NCBI GenBank assembly: GCA_025060395.1
Contig: JANXCC010000006.1
Span: 7,298-71,297, forward strand
Direction of reading: 5' to 3'
Source: Candidatus Bipolaricaulota bacterium
GTDB taxonomy: Bacteria > Bipolaricaulota > Bipolaricaulia > RBG-16-55-9 > DRXL01
Length of the DNA stretch: 64,000 nt
The position numbers and the translations under genes were made by a program. The notes beneath the pieces are model-generated. The model was not told the origin of the DNA. It saw only the letters and a program-made list of their open reading frames with translations, and searched no databases. Position 1 is the first letter of the stretch; every line of letters starts with the position of its first letter. Below are positions 25,906 to 37,100 of the stretch, piece after piece.

Positions 25906-27602
25906 TGGCGTATCGAGACGAGATCGAGCTCATCCGCGAGCGCGCTGATATGCTCGAGATCGTGTCGCGCTATGTCGCTCTCAAAAAAGTTGGGAAGAAT
26001 TATGTAGGCCTATGCCCGTTTCATCAAGACCGAACCCCAAGCTTTACAGTAAATCCCGACAAGAAGCTCTTTCACTGCTTTGGCTGCAACGAGGGCGGGG
26101 ATATCTTTCAGTTCTTGATGAAGATCGAACGCATTGATTTTGCAGAGGCACTGGCGCGTCTGGCAATCCAGGCGGGAGTCCCTCTTCGACGCGAGCGCGC
26201 CTCACCCCTCCAGCAATTCAAAGAGCTCAACGAGCGCATCTGCCTCTATTTTCAGACGAACCTGGTCAGCTCTGCTGGCCAGCGTGCCCGGGAGTATCTC
26301 CAGCGACGTGGGTTCTCCAGAGAGATCGTCGAGAGATTTAGACTTGGTTACGCTTTGCCCCGCTGGGATGATCTTGCCCGGAGATTCTTCGAAAACGCCG
26401 AAGCGTTGGAGACGCTCGGCTTGGTATTGCGCAATAGAGATGGCTCACTCTATGATCGCTTCCGGGACCGCCTGATCTTCCCCATCTGGTCGCCTACAGG
26501 TGAGATCATCGGCTTTGCTGGGCGCACCCTTGGTGAGGAAGAGCCGAAATATCTAAATATCCCCAATACGCCGCTCTTCGAGAAGGGCTCCGTGCTCTAT
26601 GGGTTAAACTTTGCGCGCACTGCAGCCAAAGACTCGGCAATGCTCGTCATCGTTGAGGGGTACACTGATGTCATCCGCGCACACCAAGCAGGCATTGAGA
26701 ACGTCGTCGCAGGGATGGGCACAGCCTTGACTAGCGCTCAAGCGCAGTTGCTCCGACGCTATGTCTCCCAGGTGATCCTAGCGTACGATCGTGACGCAGC
26801 AGGGCGAGCTGCTACCTTACGAGGCATGGCCCAGCTGCACAACGCCGAGCTTGAGGTCTCTGTGGCGCTCTTACCGCTGGGCCACGACCCCGATAGCTTC
26901 TTAGGCGCCCACGGGCGCGAGGCGTTTGTGCAAATCCTTCGCCAAGCCATACCATTCCATAAGTTCTACCTCCAAAGCCTGATAGAAGATCACCCCCCAG
27001 CAACAGTTGCGGGCAAAGAGAAGATCTTGCAGAGCGTCAGGGAATTCCTGCCGACATTGGCCAGCGTGGCTGTACGCTACGAGATCATTCGGGAACTGGG
27101 ACGGGTGCTCAACTTACCGGAAGAAGAGGTCGCCCGGGCCGTGAAATTAGGGAAGCGAGTCGGTATAATGGCCGCGCCTGGTACAGGGGAACCCGCTTGG
27201 GGACCGGAGGAGCATCTGCTCTACTTCGTGCTCCAAGGGGATTTCCCCCTCAGCCAGCTGCGCGCCCAGCTGGACATCCAGGACTTTAGGCGGTATCCTG
27301 AAATTGCTCGGGTACTATGGGAGCTCAGCGACGGCTGGACGATCGGCGATGTACTCGATCGCTTATCGGCTGAGGACCAGAGGGTAGTGCGGCGGCTACT
27401 GCTCAGCCAGCCGCCATGGCGTGAGAGCGAGCGCGCGAAGGTTCTCGAGGAGGTCCTCGAACGGATGCGCCGGGAGCGCGTCGCAAGGCGGTTAGCACGG
27501 TTGCGCGAGGAGGTGCGAGCAGCCGAGCAAGCCGGGGATCACGAGCGGGTAGGGCAGCTCCAACAAGAGCTCGTGCAGCTTCTCCATGGGGGAAGGAGGT
27601 AG
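25905..27602 (+). CDS. dnaG: DNA primase DnaG
   Basis: Zinc-ribbon [25 protein letters not shown] and [16 protein letters not shown]. Start chosen at MAYRDEIEL (TAATG overlap with the upstream gene). Confidence 0.93.
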   Translation: MAYRDEIELIRERADMLEIVSRYVALKKVGKNYVGLCPFHQDRTPSFTVNPDKKLFHCFGCNEGGDIFQFLMKIERIDFAEALARLAIQAGVPLRRERASPLQQFKELNERICLYFQTNLVSSAGQRAREYLQRRGFSREIVERFRLGYALPRWDDLARRFFENAEALETLGLVLRNRDGSLYDRFRDRLIFPIWSPTGEIIGFAGRTLGEEEPKYLNIPNTPLFEKGSVLYGLNFARTAAKDSAMLVIVEGYTDVIRAHQAGIENVVAGMGTALTSAQAQLLRRYVSQVILAYDRDAAGRAATLRGMAQLHNAELEVSVALLPLGHDPDSFLGAHGREAFVQILRQAIPFHKFYLQSLIEDHPPATVAGKEKILQSVREFLPTLASVAVRYEIIRELGRVLNLPEEEVARAVKLGKRVGIMAAPGTGEPAWGPEEHLLYFVLQGDFPLSQLRAQLDIQDFRRYPEIARVLWELSDGWTIGDVLDRLSAEDQRVVRRLLLSQPPWRESERAKVLEEVLERMRRERVARRLARLREEVRAAEQAGDHERVGQLQQELVQLLHGGRR

Positions 27603-28612
27603 TGGTGAGCACCAGAGGGCTGGAGCAGGACTTCGGATCCAACGGCATGCTAGACGATATGACTATCTATGACATCCCCGAGCTGACCGAAGAAGAACTC
27701 GAGGAGCAGTTCGAGGAGGAAGTCGACGAGGACCTCGAAGAGGAGGGAGAAGTACTCGAGGGAGAAGTTGATCACGACCCAGTCAAGATGTACCTTCAAG
27801 AGATCGGTCGGATCAGCTTGCTCTCCCGCGAGCAGGAGATCGAGCTGGCTAGCCGAGTCGCTGCTGGGGAGAAGTGGGCTCGCGATCAGCTCATTGTGGC
27901 GAACCTACGCTTGGTCGTCTCCATCGCCAAAAAATATATGGGGCGCGGGCTCTCATTCTTAGATCTCATCCAAGAGGGCAACCTAGGCCTGATGCGCGCT
28001 GTAGAGAAGTTCGACCACACCAAGGGCTATAAGTTCAGCACCTATGCCACTTGGTGGATCCGCCAGGCGATCACCCGCGCCATCGCCGATCAATCCCGTA
28101 CTATTAGAATTCCCGTTCACATGATCGAGACCGTGCGCGAGCTGCAGCGCCTCAAGAAAGAGCACCTCCAAGAGCATGGGGCGGCTCCAGATCTCGAGGC
28201 CCTCTCCACCGAGCTCGGCATTCCCCAAGAGAAGATCAAGCAAGTCGAGAACGTCTCGCAGTACACGACGTCCCTTGAGCGCCCCATCGGCGAGGACGAG
28301 GAGGATACGCTCGGCGACTTTATTGAAGACAAGAAGGCCCTCTCCCCCACCAAAGAGACCTATCGGATGTTCTTAGTCGAAGAACTCGACAAAGCACTCA
28401 ATCAATTGACCGACCGAGAGAAAGAGATCCTGAAGTTGCGCTACGGGCTTGAAGATGGGCATCCGCGCACGCTCAAGGACGTCGCGAGGGTCTTCAACAT
28501 CACGCGTGAACGCGTACGCCAGATCGAGATCAAGGCCCTAGAAAAACTCAAGCATCCGACACGCAAAGAAGAGCTCCAAAAGTTCCGACAGCTCCTGCTG
28601 AGTGAAGAATGA
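27602..28612 (+). CDS. rpoD: primary RNA polymerase sigma factor (RpoD/SigA)
   Basis: Acidic N-terminus. Region 2 [41 protein letters not shown]. Region 4 [20 protein letters not shown]. The exact start is uncertain (GTG 27602/27605 or ATG 27647). Confidence 0.93.
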   Translation: MVSTRGLEQDFGSNGMLDDMTIYDIPELTEEELEEQFEEEVDEDLEEEGEVLEGEVDHDPVKMYLQEIGRISLLSREQEIELASRVAAGEKWARDQLIVANLRLVVSIAKKYMGRGLSFLDLIQEGNLGLMRAVEKFDHTKGYKFSTYATWWIRQAITRAIADQSRTIRIPVHMIETVRELQRLKKEHLQEHGAAPDLEALSTELGIPQEKIKQVENVSQYTTSLERPIGEDEEDTLGDFIEDKKALSPTKETYRMFLVEELDKALNQLTDREKEILKLRYGLEDGHPRTLKDVARVFNITRERVRQIEIKALEKLKHPTRKEELQKFRQLLLSEE

Positions 28613-29525
28613 GGACAATCTATTAATTTTCGGGCCGACAGCCGTCGGCAAATCAGAGCTAGCGGTTGCGCTTGCCCTACGCCTTGGCGGTGAGATCATC
28701 TCTGCTGATGCCCGCGCGATCTACAAAGACTTAAACATTGGGACGGCCAAGCCTCCAGCTCATCTCCGTGAAAAAGTCCCGCACCATCTCATAGACTTTT
28801 TAGATCCCACCGAGCGCTATGATGTAATGCGGTTTCGCCGTGATGTGATCAGAGCGATAGAAGAGATCCGGGCGCGAGGAAAGGTGCCTATCGTCGTCGG
28901 GGGAAGCACACTCTATATTTCAGCACTGACGGGGACGTTCTTCGCCGGGCCCAAAGCCGATCCCCAGATACGGCAGCGCTTGGAAGCTCAGCCCCAAGAG
29001 CACTTGCGCCAACGCTTAGAAGAGATCGACCCTGAAGCCGCCCAGCGCATTCATCCCAACGATAGAGTACGCACAATACGGGCATTAGAAGTCTACGAGC
29101 TGACGGGGCTGCCCATCTCTCGATGGCACAAAGAGTCGCAAGTTCCGTTTCCGTATCACTTTACGAAGATCGGGCTGACCCTCGACAGAAGGGTTCTCTA
29201 TGAGCGCATCAACGCGCGCGTCGATCAGATGCTCGCTGCTGGGCTTTTAGAAGAAGCAAAAGCTCTGAAAGCGAAGCTCACCCCGGAGATGCCTGCGTAC
29301 CGAACCATTGGATACGAAGAAATCTTCGAGTATCTTGACGGAAAGACCTCGTACGATGAAGCCGTAAGACTTATAAAAAAGCACACGCGGGAGTACGCTA
29401 AACGCCAAATCATCTATTTTAAGCGTATACCTGAGGTTCATTGGATCGACGTGACGAGGAAGTCCCCCGGAGAAGTGCTCGAAGCTGTCCTGGCGATCTT
29501 ACAGCAGCTGGGCCACCCGACGTAG
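28602..29525 (+). CDS. miaA: tRNA dimethylallyltransferase MiaA
   Basis: P-loop [28 protein letters not shown] start overlapping the rpoD stop. Confidence 0.92.
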   Translation: MKNEDNLLIFGPTAVGKSELAVALALRLGGEIISADARAIYKDLNIGTAKPPAHLREKVPHHLIDFLDPTERYDVMRFRRDVIRAIEEIRARGKVPIVVGGSTLYISALTGTFFAGPKADPQIRQRLEAQPQEHLRQRLEEIDPEAAQRIHPNDRVRTIRALEVYELTGLPISRWHKESQVPFPYHFTKIGLTLDRRVLYERINARVDQMLAAGLLEEAKALKAKLTPEMPAYRTIGYEEIFEYLDGKTSYDEAVRLIKKHTREYAKRQIIYFKRIPEVHWIDVTRKSPGEVLEAVLAILQQLGHPT

Positions 29526-30692
29526 GATCTCCTGGGCGACTGCGCGCTTAGGCAGACACGGCAACGTCTCACTCCTCCCGTCGCGATAGAGCAACGTCAC
29601 GATGTTCGTCTCGACTTCTGGGCCAGCTCCAGGCGCCGTAATATCGTTAGCAACGACAATATCTAGATTTTTCTCTCTAAGTTTCTCGCGCGCATGCTCA
29701 AGCAATCTTTCCGTCTCGGCCGCAAAGCCCACTAAGATTTGGCCCTTCTTCTTGCGCTTGCCCAGCTCCGAGAGAATATCTGGGGTCTTCTCTAAGACTA
29801 AAGTCAGCTTGCGCGCCTCGGACTTTTTGAGCTTCTGTGAAGAGACTTTTTTAGGCCTCCAGTCGGCAACGGCTGCAGCCATGAGAATCAGATCGTACTG
29901 AGCAAAGCGCTTCAGTACAGCATCTTTCATCTCCTCAGCGCTCTCGACTCGGACGCACTCGACCCCTCTTGGGGGTTCCAACTGCGTTGGTCCGCTGATC
30001 AAACAGACTGTATCAGCTCCGAAATGGCGCGCTTGCTCGGCAAGCGCATAGCCCATCTTCCCCGAGCTCTTATTCGTGATGCACCGCATGGGGTCGAGCA
30101 TCTCGCGCGTCGGCCCTGCTGTCACCAAGACGCGATGCCCTTGCAACAGAGCGCGCTCCGCGAGCATCTCCTCGATAGTGTTCAAAATTTTCTCTTCAGA
30201 TGGGAAGCGCCCGATCCCCTCGCGCCCGCTCGCCAAGCGCCCCACTTCCGGCTCCAAAAAACGATATCCTAGCTCTGTAAGCTTCTTTTTATTCTCTTGA
30301 AAGATCGGGTTGGTGTACATCTGGGATTCCATCGCAGGGACGACCAAGACAGGGGCACGCGTTGCGGCAAGCGTCGTCGTGAGCAGGTCGTCGGCAATGC
30401 CGTGTGCGAGCTTCCCCACGATATTGTACGTCGCGGGCATGAGCACGAAGAGATCTGTACTATACGCGAGCTCGACGTGCGCCAACGGCTCGCCCCACAG
30501 ATCCGTCAGCACTGTATGATGCGAGAGCGTCTCGAAGGTCATCGGCGTGACGAACTGACATGCGGCGCGAGTCATGATGACTCTGACGTCCGCACCGGCT
30601 TGGACGAGCTTGCTGACGATATTCGCGGCCTTATACGCAGCAATCCCGCCACAGATCCCTGCAACGATCTTCTTTCCTGAAAGTCTGCTCAT
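29499..30692 (-). CDS. coaBC: bifunctional phosphopantothenoylcysteine decarboxylase / phosphopantothenate-cysteine ligase CoaBC
   Basis: Flavoprotein N-domain (GICGGIAAYKA, PAMESQM) and CoaB C-domain (TAGPTRE..DPMRCITNKSSGKMG, AAAVADW). Confidence 0.93.
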   Translation of the reverse strand: MSRLSGKKIVAGICGGIAAYKAANIVSKLVQAGADVRVIMTRAACQFVTPMTFETLSHHTVLTDLWGEPLAHVELAYSTDLFVLMPATYNIVGKLAHGIADDLLTTTLAATRAPVLVVPAMESQMYTNPIFQENKKKLTELGYRFLEPEVGRLASGREGIGRFPSEEKILNTIEEMLAERALLQGHRVLVTAGPTREMLDPMRCITNKSSGKMGYALAEQARHFGADTVCLISGPTQLEPPRGVECVRVESAEEMKDAVLKRFAQYDLILMAAAVADWRPKKVSSQKLKKSEARKLTLVLEKTPDILSELGKRKKKGQILVGFAAETERLLEHAREKLREKNLDIVVANDITAPGAGPEVETNIVTLLYRDGRSETLPCLPKRAVAQEILRRVAQLL

Positions 30693-30695
30693 TGG

Positions 30696-31220
30696 TTAGC
30701 GCCGCGTGCGCCAAAGATTGCGCATCCCGGAGAGAAATTCCGGCACGATCTTGCGAGAGAACCTCGGCCAGATCACTATGATGACAAAGAGTAGCCACCC
30801 CACCAACAGCGCTCCATACTGCGGCACCTGCGTCACAGCTACAAGCAGCATTCCAAAGTACGGAGGCACCTGCACGGCCCAGCGCAAATGCAACGCCTTG
30901 AAATACCACAGTGAGATGGCCACAAGGGCAATATACCCTAACGCGACTTCAACGGAGATAAACCCCATTAGCGCCAGATAGCACCAGCAGCCGAACGAGA
31001 GCGTCATATCGGCTGTCAAGTCGTGATCGCTCATGAACGTGTGAATCTGCCGCGGATCGCGACGAGCTATCGCCCCGTCAATAAGATCGGTCACCCACGC
31101 CAGCCAGAGGGTGATCATCGCGGCTTCTAAGCTATTTTTCTGCAACCCCAGCCAGATCAGATAGAGCCCACAGAAGAAGCGCGAGGCTGTAAGCAAGTCA
31201 GCCAGCGTCTTAGCGTGCAT
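30696..31220 (-). CDS. polytopic membrane protein with a degenerate CDP-alcohol phosphatidyltransferase motif
   Basis: WVTDLIDGAIARR followed by SDHDLTAD, with 4-5 TM helices. Start chosen at MHAKTLADLL (ATG 31220) to avoid overlapping sufU. Confidence 0.45.
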   Translation of the reverse strand: MHAKTLADLLTASRFFCGLYLIWLGLQKNSLEAAMITLWLAWVTDLIDGAIARRDPRQIHTFMSDHDLTADMTLSFGCWCYLALMGFISVEVALGYIALVAISLWYFKALHLRWAVQVPPYFGMLLVAVTQVPQYGALLVGWLLFVIIVIWPRFSRKIVPEFLSGMRNLWRTRR

Positions 31221-31252
31221 CACGCCCACCACCTCCCTGCCCTTACTATAGC

Positions 31253-31639
31253 TCAGCTCGGTCGTTTTGGCAAATAGCGCAGGGCGAGCTGGAGCGTGCT
31301 GAGCGCTAAGAGCGCACATCGCGGCCGAGAGAGCATCACTTCCCGGCCCACCCAGCCAGCGACATCATCAGGGGAAAGGCTCTCGGCGTAGGCGAGCGAT
31401 TGGCCCTTGAGCTTCTCTGTGAGAATAGAAGCCGCAGCTTGGCTAACAGTGCACCCCTCGCCTTCAAAGGAGATCTCCGTGATACGTTGGTCATCACTCA
31501 CCTTGAGGTAGATCGTAATGACATCGCCGCAACCGGGATTGCCCCAGGTCATCTGGACATCGGGCTTTTCTAGTCTCCCCCGGTTGCGCGGGTTCTCATA
31601 GTGATCTATGAGAAACTCGATCTGGGCCTGACGGTCCAC
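31253..31639 (-). CDS. sufU: SufU/IscU-type Fe-S cluster assembly scaffold
   Basis: HYENPRNRG...NPGCGDVITIYL...GEGCTVSQAAAS, the SufE2/NifU-N family pattern. Confidence 0.8.
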   Translation of the reverse strand: MDRQAQIEFLIDHYENPRNRGRLEKPDVQMTWGNPGCGDVITIYLKVSDDQRITEISFEGEGCTVSQAAASILTEKLKGQSLAYAESLSPDDVAGWVGREVMLSRPRCALLALSTLQLALRYLPKRPS

Positions 31640-31641
31640 CG

Positions 31642-32502
31642 CTACGGTTCAGCCCCCTTCTTGATCGGGACGTTCACTAAGTTACCCCACTCCGTCCACG
31701 AGCCGTCATAGTTTTTCACCCTGGGGTAGCCTAGCAGATACGTGAGTACGAACCAGGTGTGCGAGCTCCGCTCCCCAATGCGACAGTAGGCGATGACCTC
31801 CTTGTCGGGGGTGATCCCGTAGCTCTCGTAGAGCTTTTTCAATTCTTCGAAGGGTTTAAACGTGCTGTCCTGAGGGTTGACGGCTTGAGCCCAGGGGATG
31901 TTGAAAGCACCGGGGATGTGGCCGCCGCGCTGCGCCCCCTCTTGTGGGTATTCAGGCATGTGGATGAGCTCGCCTGTATACTCTTTGGGGGTACGCACAT
32001 CGATCAAGAGACGATCAGAGCGCCCCAAGCCTGCCAAGACTTCGTCTCGGAAGGCGCGAATAGACAAATCGGGTTCCTGAGCGCGATAGGCGGTCTTAGG
32101 ATAGCGAGGAATTTCTTTAGCTAGAGGACGCCCTTCGTCGATCCATTTCTTACGCCCGCCGTTCATGATTTTGAGCTTCCTATCGTCGTGCCCAAAGTAC
32201 CTAAAAAGCCAGAACGAGTATGCCGCGTACCAATTGTGTTTATCGCCGTAGAAGACGACGGTCGTGTCGTTGGCGATGCCCTTCTCGCTCATGAGGGCTT
32301 CGAACTGCTCTTTGGTGAGGAAATCGCGCTTGGACGGGTGTTGTAACTCAGTGAACCAATCGAGCTTCACAGCCCCTGGGATATGGCCTTGCTCGTAGAG
32401 CAGGACGTCTTCGTCACATTCGACAAGGCGCACGCTCGGGTCGTTAAGGTGCTCTGCAACCCAGCTTGTCTCGACTACGACATCAGGGCGCGCGTAGTTC
32501 AT
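31642..32502 (-). CDS. tandem-rhodanese sulfurtransferase (thiosulfate/3-mercaptopyruvate type)
   Basis: Two rhodanese domains with active-site loop [13 protein letters not shown]. Start chosen at MNYARPD with AGGAGGG upstream. Confidence 0.85.
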   Translation of the reverse strand: MNYARPDVVVETSWVAEHLNDPSVRLVECDEDVLLYEQGHIPGAVKLDWFTELQHPSKRDFLTKEQFEALMSEKGIANDTTVVFYGDKHNWYAAYSFWLFRYFGHDDRKLKIMNGGRKKWIDEGRPLAKEIPRYPKTAYRAQEPDLSIRAFRDEVLAGLGRSDRLLIDVRTPKEYTGELIHMPEYPQEGAQRGGHIPGAFNIPWAQAVNPQDSTFKPFEELKKLYESYGITPDKEVIAYCRIGERSSHTWFVLTYLLGYPRVKNYDGSWTEWGNLVNVPIKKGAEP

Positions 32503-32534
32503 AGACGACCCTCCTGTCACACGGCATCAAAAGA

Positions 32535-32564
32535 AGTATAAAAAATTCGGACTTATTTTGTCAA
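32535..32564 (-). promoter_or_regulatory. putative promoter of the rhodanese-sufU cluster (TTGACA-N18-TATACT)
   Basis: On the minus strand, TTGACA is at 32564-32559 and TATACT at 32540-32535, in an AT-rich 75-bp spacer. Confidence 0.4.
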
Positions 32565-32595
32565 GTTTTTTGTTCTTTTCGTACCTACCGTGATT

Positions 32596-33372
32596 TTAAA
32601 AGATCCCCTTCACCAGCCCACCGTCGACTTGAATCACTGTTCCAGTGATGTACCGGGCGTTCTCGGAAGCTAAAAACGCGACCAAGTCCGCAAGCTCTTC
32701 GGGCTGGCCCATCCGCCCCATCGGGATATCTTTTGTCCAGAAGCGCCGCGCTTCTTCAATATCTCCCATGGCACGCAACAGCTGCTCCATGCGTTCGGTC
32801 TGGGTCGGCCCAGGACAGACGGTGTTCACCGTGATGCCATAGGGCGCTAGCTCATTAGATAAGCTCTTGGCTAATCCAACGACAGCCAAGCGTAGGGCGT
32901 TCGAGAGTATTAAGTTATTGATGGGCTGCTTCACAGACACCGACGCGATGTTGATAATCCGCCCAGCGCCACGCCGTTGCATATGGGGTATGGCTTCGCG
33001 ACAGAGCCGGACGACGCTCATGAACGTTAAAGAGAACGCCTGCTCCCATGCCGCGTCATCAAACGCAAAGAAATTCCCTGGTGGCGGTCCACCCGCGTTG
33101 GTCACCAAGACATCCAAGCCTCCAAGGCGCTTGACCGTCTCGGCAACGAGATGCTTGATATCATCAGAACGCGTGACATCGGCACGGACAGGGAGAACGG
33201 CAGCTCCGGTGGCGGAGCTGATCTCTTGTGCTGTTGCTTGCAGAGCCTTCTCATCGCGAGCGCAGATTGCTACCTGCATACCTTCGCGAGCCAGTCTGAA
33301 GGCAACAGCCTTCCCCAGGCCCTTACTGGCTGCAGCTACGAGCGCAACCTTCCCAGCAAGCCCCAAATCCAT
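32596..33372 (-). CDS. SDR-family oxidoreductase (3-oxoacyl-ACP reductase-like)
   Basis: VAAASKGLGKAVA (TGxxxGxG-like), NAGG, and the S...YxxxK region NALRLAVVGLAKSL. Confidence 0.85.
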   Translation of the reverse strand: MDLGLAGKVALVAAASKGLGKAVAFRLAREGMQVAICARDEKALQATAQEISSATGAAVLPVRADVTRSDDIKHLVAETVKRLGGLDVLVTNAGGPPPGNFFAFDDAAWEQAFSLTFMSVVRLCREAIPHMQRRGAGRIINIASVSVKQPINNLILSNALRLAVVGLAKSLSNELAPYGITVNTVCPGPTQTERMEQLLRAMGDIEEARRFWTKDIPMGRMGQPEELADLVAFLASENARYITGTVIQVDGGLVKGIF

Positions 33373-33423
33373 CTAGCATCGTCCTCCTTCAAGAGCGCTG
33401 TTATTTTACTGGAGAGAGGGCGC

Positions 33424-33453
33424 TTGATACATCTTGGCATACCATGCTAGAAT
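33424..33453 (+). promoter_or_regulatory. putative promoter of the response-regulator/kinase operon (TTGATA-N18-TAGAAT)
   Basis: TTGATA at 33424-33429 and TAGAAT at 33448-33453. GTG 33461 (MKILVVDDD) lies 7 nt after the -10 box, while ATG 33452 lies inside it. Confidence 0.4.
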
Positions 33454-34141
33454 GAATGCTGTGAAGATACTCGTAGTGGACGATGATCCTGACATAACGG
33501 GCCTGCTCAAACACTTTCTCCAGGCGAAGGGGCACTCTGTGTACACCGCTCTCCATGGGGCCCAAGCCCTTGAGCTCTTCTCCAAAGAGCCGCCCGATCT
33601 CGTCATCCTAGATGTGATCCTGCCAGGGATGGACGGTTGGACCGTCTTGCAAGAGATTCGTAAGCGCTCCCAAGTCCCGGTGCTGATGCTAACCGGCAAA
33701 GACGCGCCCGCGGATAGAGTCAAGGGATTGCTCGCCGGCGCCGATGATTACATCGCGAAGCCATTCGATCTAGCAGAATTAGAGGCGCGGATCATTGCCG
33801 TCATGCGCCGCTATAAAGCTTCGAAGCCCTCTCGGGTTATCAAAGCAGGAGAGCTTGAGATCGATGATGGTCTTAAGCAAGTCAAGCTCAAGGGCTACAC
33901 GATCTCCCTCTCGCCCAAAGAGTATGAGATCTTAAAGCTTTTAGCGTCGGAGCCGGGCCGAGTCTTCTCCCATCAAGAGATTATTGCCGCAGTCTGGCAG
34001 AACAAACCCTTCATCACGTCTAGCGACGTGACTAAATATATCTATCTCTTGCGAGAAAAGCTCGAGGAAGACCCTCAAAACCCAAAGTATATTATGACGG
34101 TACGCGGGTTTGGATATAAACTCTCGCTTGGGGAAGAGTAA
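33452..34141 (+). CDS. OmpR/PhoB-family response regulator
   Basis: REC domain (ILVVDDDPD, DLVILDVILPGMDG, KPF) plus winged-helix domain (LSPKEYEILKLL, VRGFGYKL). Start is ATG 33452 or GTG 33461. Confidence 0.85.
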   Translation: MNAVKILVVDDDPDITGLLKHFLQAKGHSVYTALHGAQALELFSKEPPDLVILDVILPGMDGWTVLQEIRKRSQVPVLMLTGKDAPADRVKGLLAGADDYIAKPFDLAELEARIIAVMRRYKASKPSRVIKAGELEIDDGLKQVKLKGYTISLSPKEYEILKLLASEPGRVFSHQEIIAAVWQNKPFITSSDVTKYIYLLREKLEEDPQNPKYIMTVRGFGYKLSLGEE

Positions 34142-34163
34142 AAAAATAGATTGGGGGGTCAGT

Positions 34164-37100
34164 ATGACACGGGTATATCAATGCTGGAGGTGTCGTCGTA
34201 GCCTCATCGTCGGCAGCTTGGGGATCGTTCTCACCATGCTCTACGCGGTCCTTGAGTATCTAAGGCACCATCAGGATGCTAGCGCTGGGCTGGTTCATGG
34301 GTTTTTCAGTGCTCCATGGCTATATATCGGGATATTCTTACTCATCCCGCTCTTTGCAACGATTGGAGTGCTCTGGGAGAAGACGGATCGCGAACGCCGA
34401 CGCTTCGAGACCCTGCTTGAGTTGGCTCAAGATGGCATCTACGTGTGCGATCCAGATGGGTATATTCAATACGCAAATACGAAATTTCTGGAGATCCACG
34501 GGGTCCGGCGCGAAGATATTATTGGAAAGCGCTTGATGGATCTGGTGGCACTGCCGCACGCGGAGCACACTAGGATCTCTGAGATGATCCAACAGGCCGT
34601 TTTGCACGGTGAGCTTCCGTCTCCTTTAGAAGTCCCCTTCCGTCGTCCTGACGGCTCTCCTGGCTGGCTCCACATCAACTTAGCCTTCATCATTCAAGAA
34701 GGCTCCCGCGTTACGGAACTCGGTGGGATCAGCCGCGACATCACCGAGCGGAAGCGCACCGAACTGCTCATCGCCAGCCACAACAAGATCTTAGATCTCA
34801 TTGCCAAGGGCGCCCCTCTCTCATCAGTGCTGGAGATGCTCTGTTGCTCCATCGAAGAAGTAGCTCCTGGTGTGCTATGCTCGATCTTGCTCCTAGAAGG
34901 GGACAGGCTGCGCCACGGCGCAGCCCCTAGCCTTCCCGAAGACTACAAGCGCCTTGTAGATGGACTGACTATTGGACCGACCAGTGGGTCTTGTGGCACC
35001 GCAGCGTATCTAAAAAAGCCTGTCATCGTCAGCGATACGCTCACTGATCCTCTATGGGCAAACTACCGCGCTAGTGCTCAGCGGTACGGACTGCGGGCAT
35101 GTTGGTCTACTCCTATTGTCTCACGGCAAGGCAACGTGCTGGGGACTTTCGCTATGTACTATCGAGAGGTGCGCTCACCCAGCGCCTACGAACTCGATCT
35201 GATCGAGAAGGCAGCGCATCTAGCGGCGCTAGTCCTGGAGCGCCAGCACATCCTAGAGGCCATGCACCGCCGCGAGCAGATCCTCCATGCTGTCGCGCAA
35301 GCTGCCGGCCGGTTGCTCAGCGCGCCCTCGTGGAAGGCATGTGCCAATGAGATCCTTCAAGACCTAGGCCAAGCGACCCGCGTAAGCCGCGTCTATATCT
35401 TCGAGAACCACCGCGACGCGAAAGGCGCACTCTTGACAAGCCAACGCTTCGAATGGGTTGCCCCAGGGATCACGCCGCAGATGGACAACCCGGAGCTGCA
35501 AGATTTCGCTTGGGAGCAGAGGGGGTTTCATCGCTGGATGGAGTTGATGGAGCGAGGCGAGCCCGTCGTCGGGCTAGTGCGCGATTTTCCCCCCAACGAG
35601 CAAGCAGTCTTCACAGCGCAGCAGATCAAGTCTATGGTGTGCGTGCCGATCTTCGTCAAGGGGCAGTGGTGGGGGTTCATCGGCTTCGATGAATGTGTCA
35701 GCGAGCGTCTTTGGTCTGAAGCTGAGATAGATACCCTGAAGACCGCGGCGCACATCCTAGGGTTGGCCATCGAGCACGAATGGTCACAAGAGCTGCTGCG
35801 TGCCAGCGAAGAACGGTATCGCTCGCTCTTTGAACGTGTACCCATTGGGCTCTATCGTTCAACCCCTGACGGATGCATCCTCGACGCCAATAACGCGCTC
35901 GTACGCATGTTCGGCTATCCAAGCAAAGAAGCACTTCTAGCCGTCCCGGCTCATGCGTTCTTTCTTGATCCAAACGAGCGCCAACGCTGGCAAGGTGAAA
36001 TGGACGCTAAGAGCGTCGTCACAGACTTCGTCACTCAACAGAAACGGTACGATGGCACATCTATCTGGGTCGTGGACAACAGCTGTGCTATTCGCGATTC
36101 CCAGGGCAAAGTTCTCTATTACGAGGGGAGCTTGATCGATATCACCGAGCGGGTACGGGCACAAGAGGCACTGCAAACAAGCGAAGCCCGCTATCGCGCG
36201 CTCGTCGAGAGCAGCCCTGATGGGATCGCCATTCATCAAGACGGCAAAGGCGTTTTTGTGAATCCCGCCGGAGCAAGGATCTTAGGGGCCCATAGACCTG
36301 AAGAGCTGCTAGGCCGATCGGTACTGGACTTTGTTCATCCGGCCTATCATGACATCATGCGCCAGCGCATCCAGCGCGTCTTGGAAGAGTGGCAGCCAGC
36401 GCCCCCCCTGGAAGAGCAATTCATCCGTCTAGACGGTACGGTGATAGACGTCGAAGTCACGTCCGTGCCCATCATATATGAAGGGCGTCCTGCAGTACAA
36501 GTCATCTTCCGTGACATCAGTGAGCGCAAACGGATGGAAGAAGAACTGAGAGCCTCAGAAGAGCGCTATCGTGATCTCTTCGAGAACGCTAACGATGGAA
36601 TCTATATTCTCGACAAGAGAGGGCGCTTCCTGGCCTTCAATCGCAAGGCTGAGGAGATCTCAGGGTACACGCTCGAAGAGGTCCGTGGGCAGCCGTATAC
36701 ACTCCTCGTCCCTCCGGGCCCAGAGCGCCACAAGGCCCGACGCGCGTTTCTCAAAAATATGCGCGGTGAGCCAGATAAGAACGAGCTCACCATCCGGCGC
36801 AAGGATGGCCGCGAAGTGATCATAGAGCTCAGTACGCGTCCGATCTGGCAGAACGGCCAAATCGTCGGAATTCAAGGGATCGGGCGCGACATCACCGAGC
36901 GCAAAGAAGTCGAGAAATTAAAGTCAGAATTTATCAGTACTGTCTCACATGAGCTGCGCACCCCGCTCACTTCTATCAAGGGCTATGTGGACTTAGTCTT
37001 AGCCGGAGACGTTGGCTCGCTCACGCCAGAACAGCGAGAATTTCTCACAATCGTCTCCCAAAACACCACACGGTTGACAGAGCTCATCAACGATCTCTTG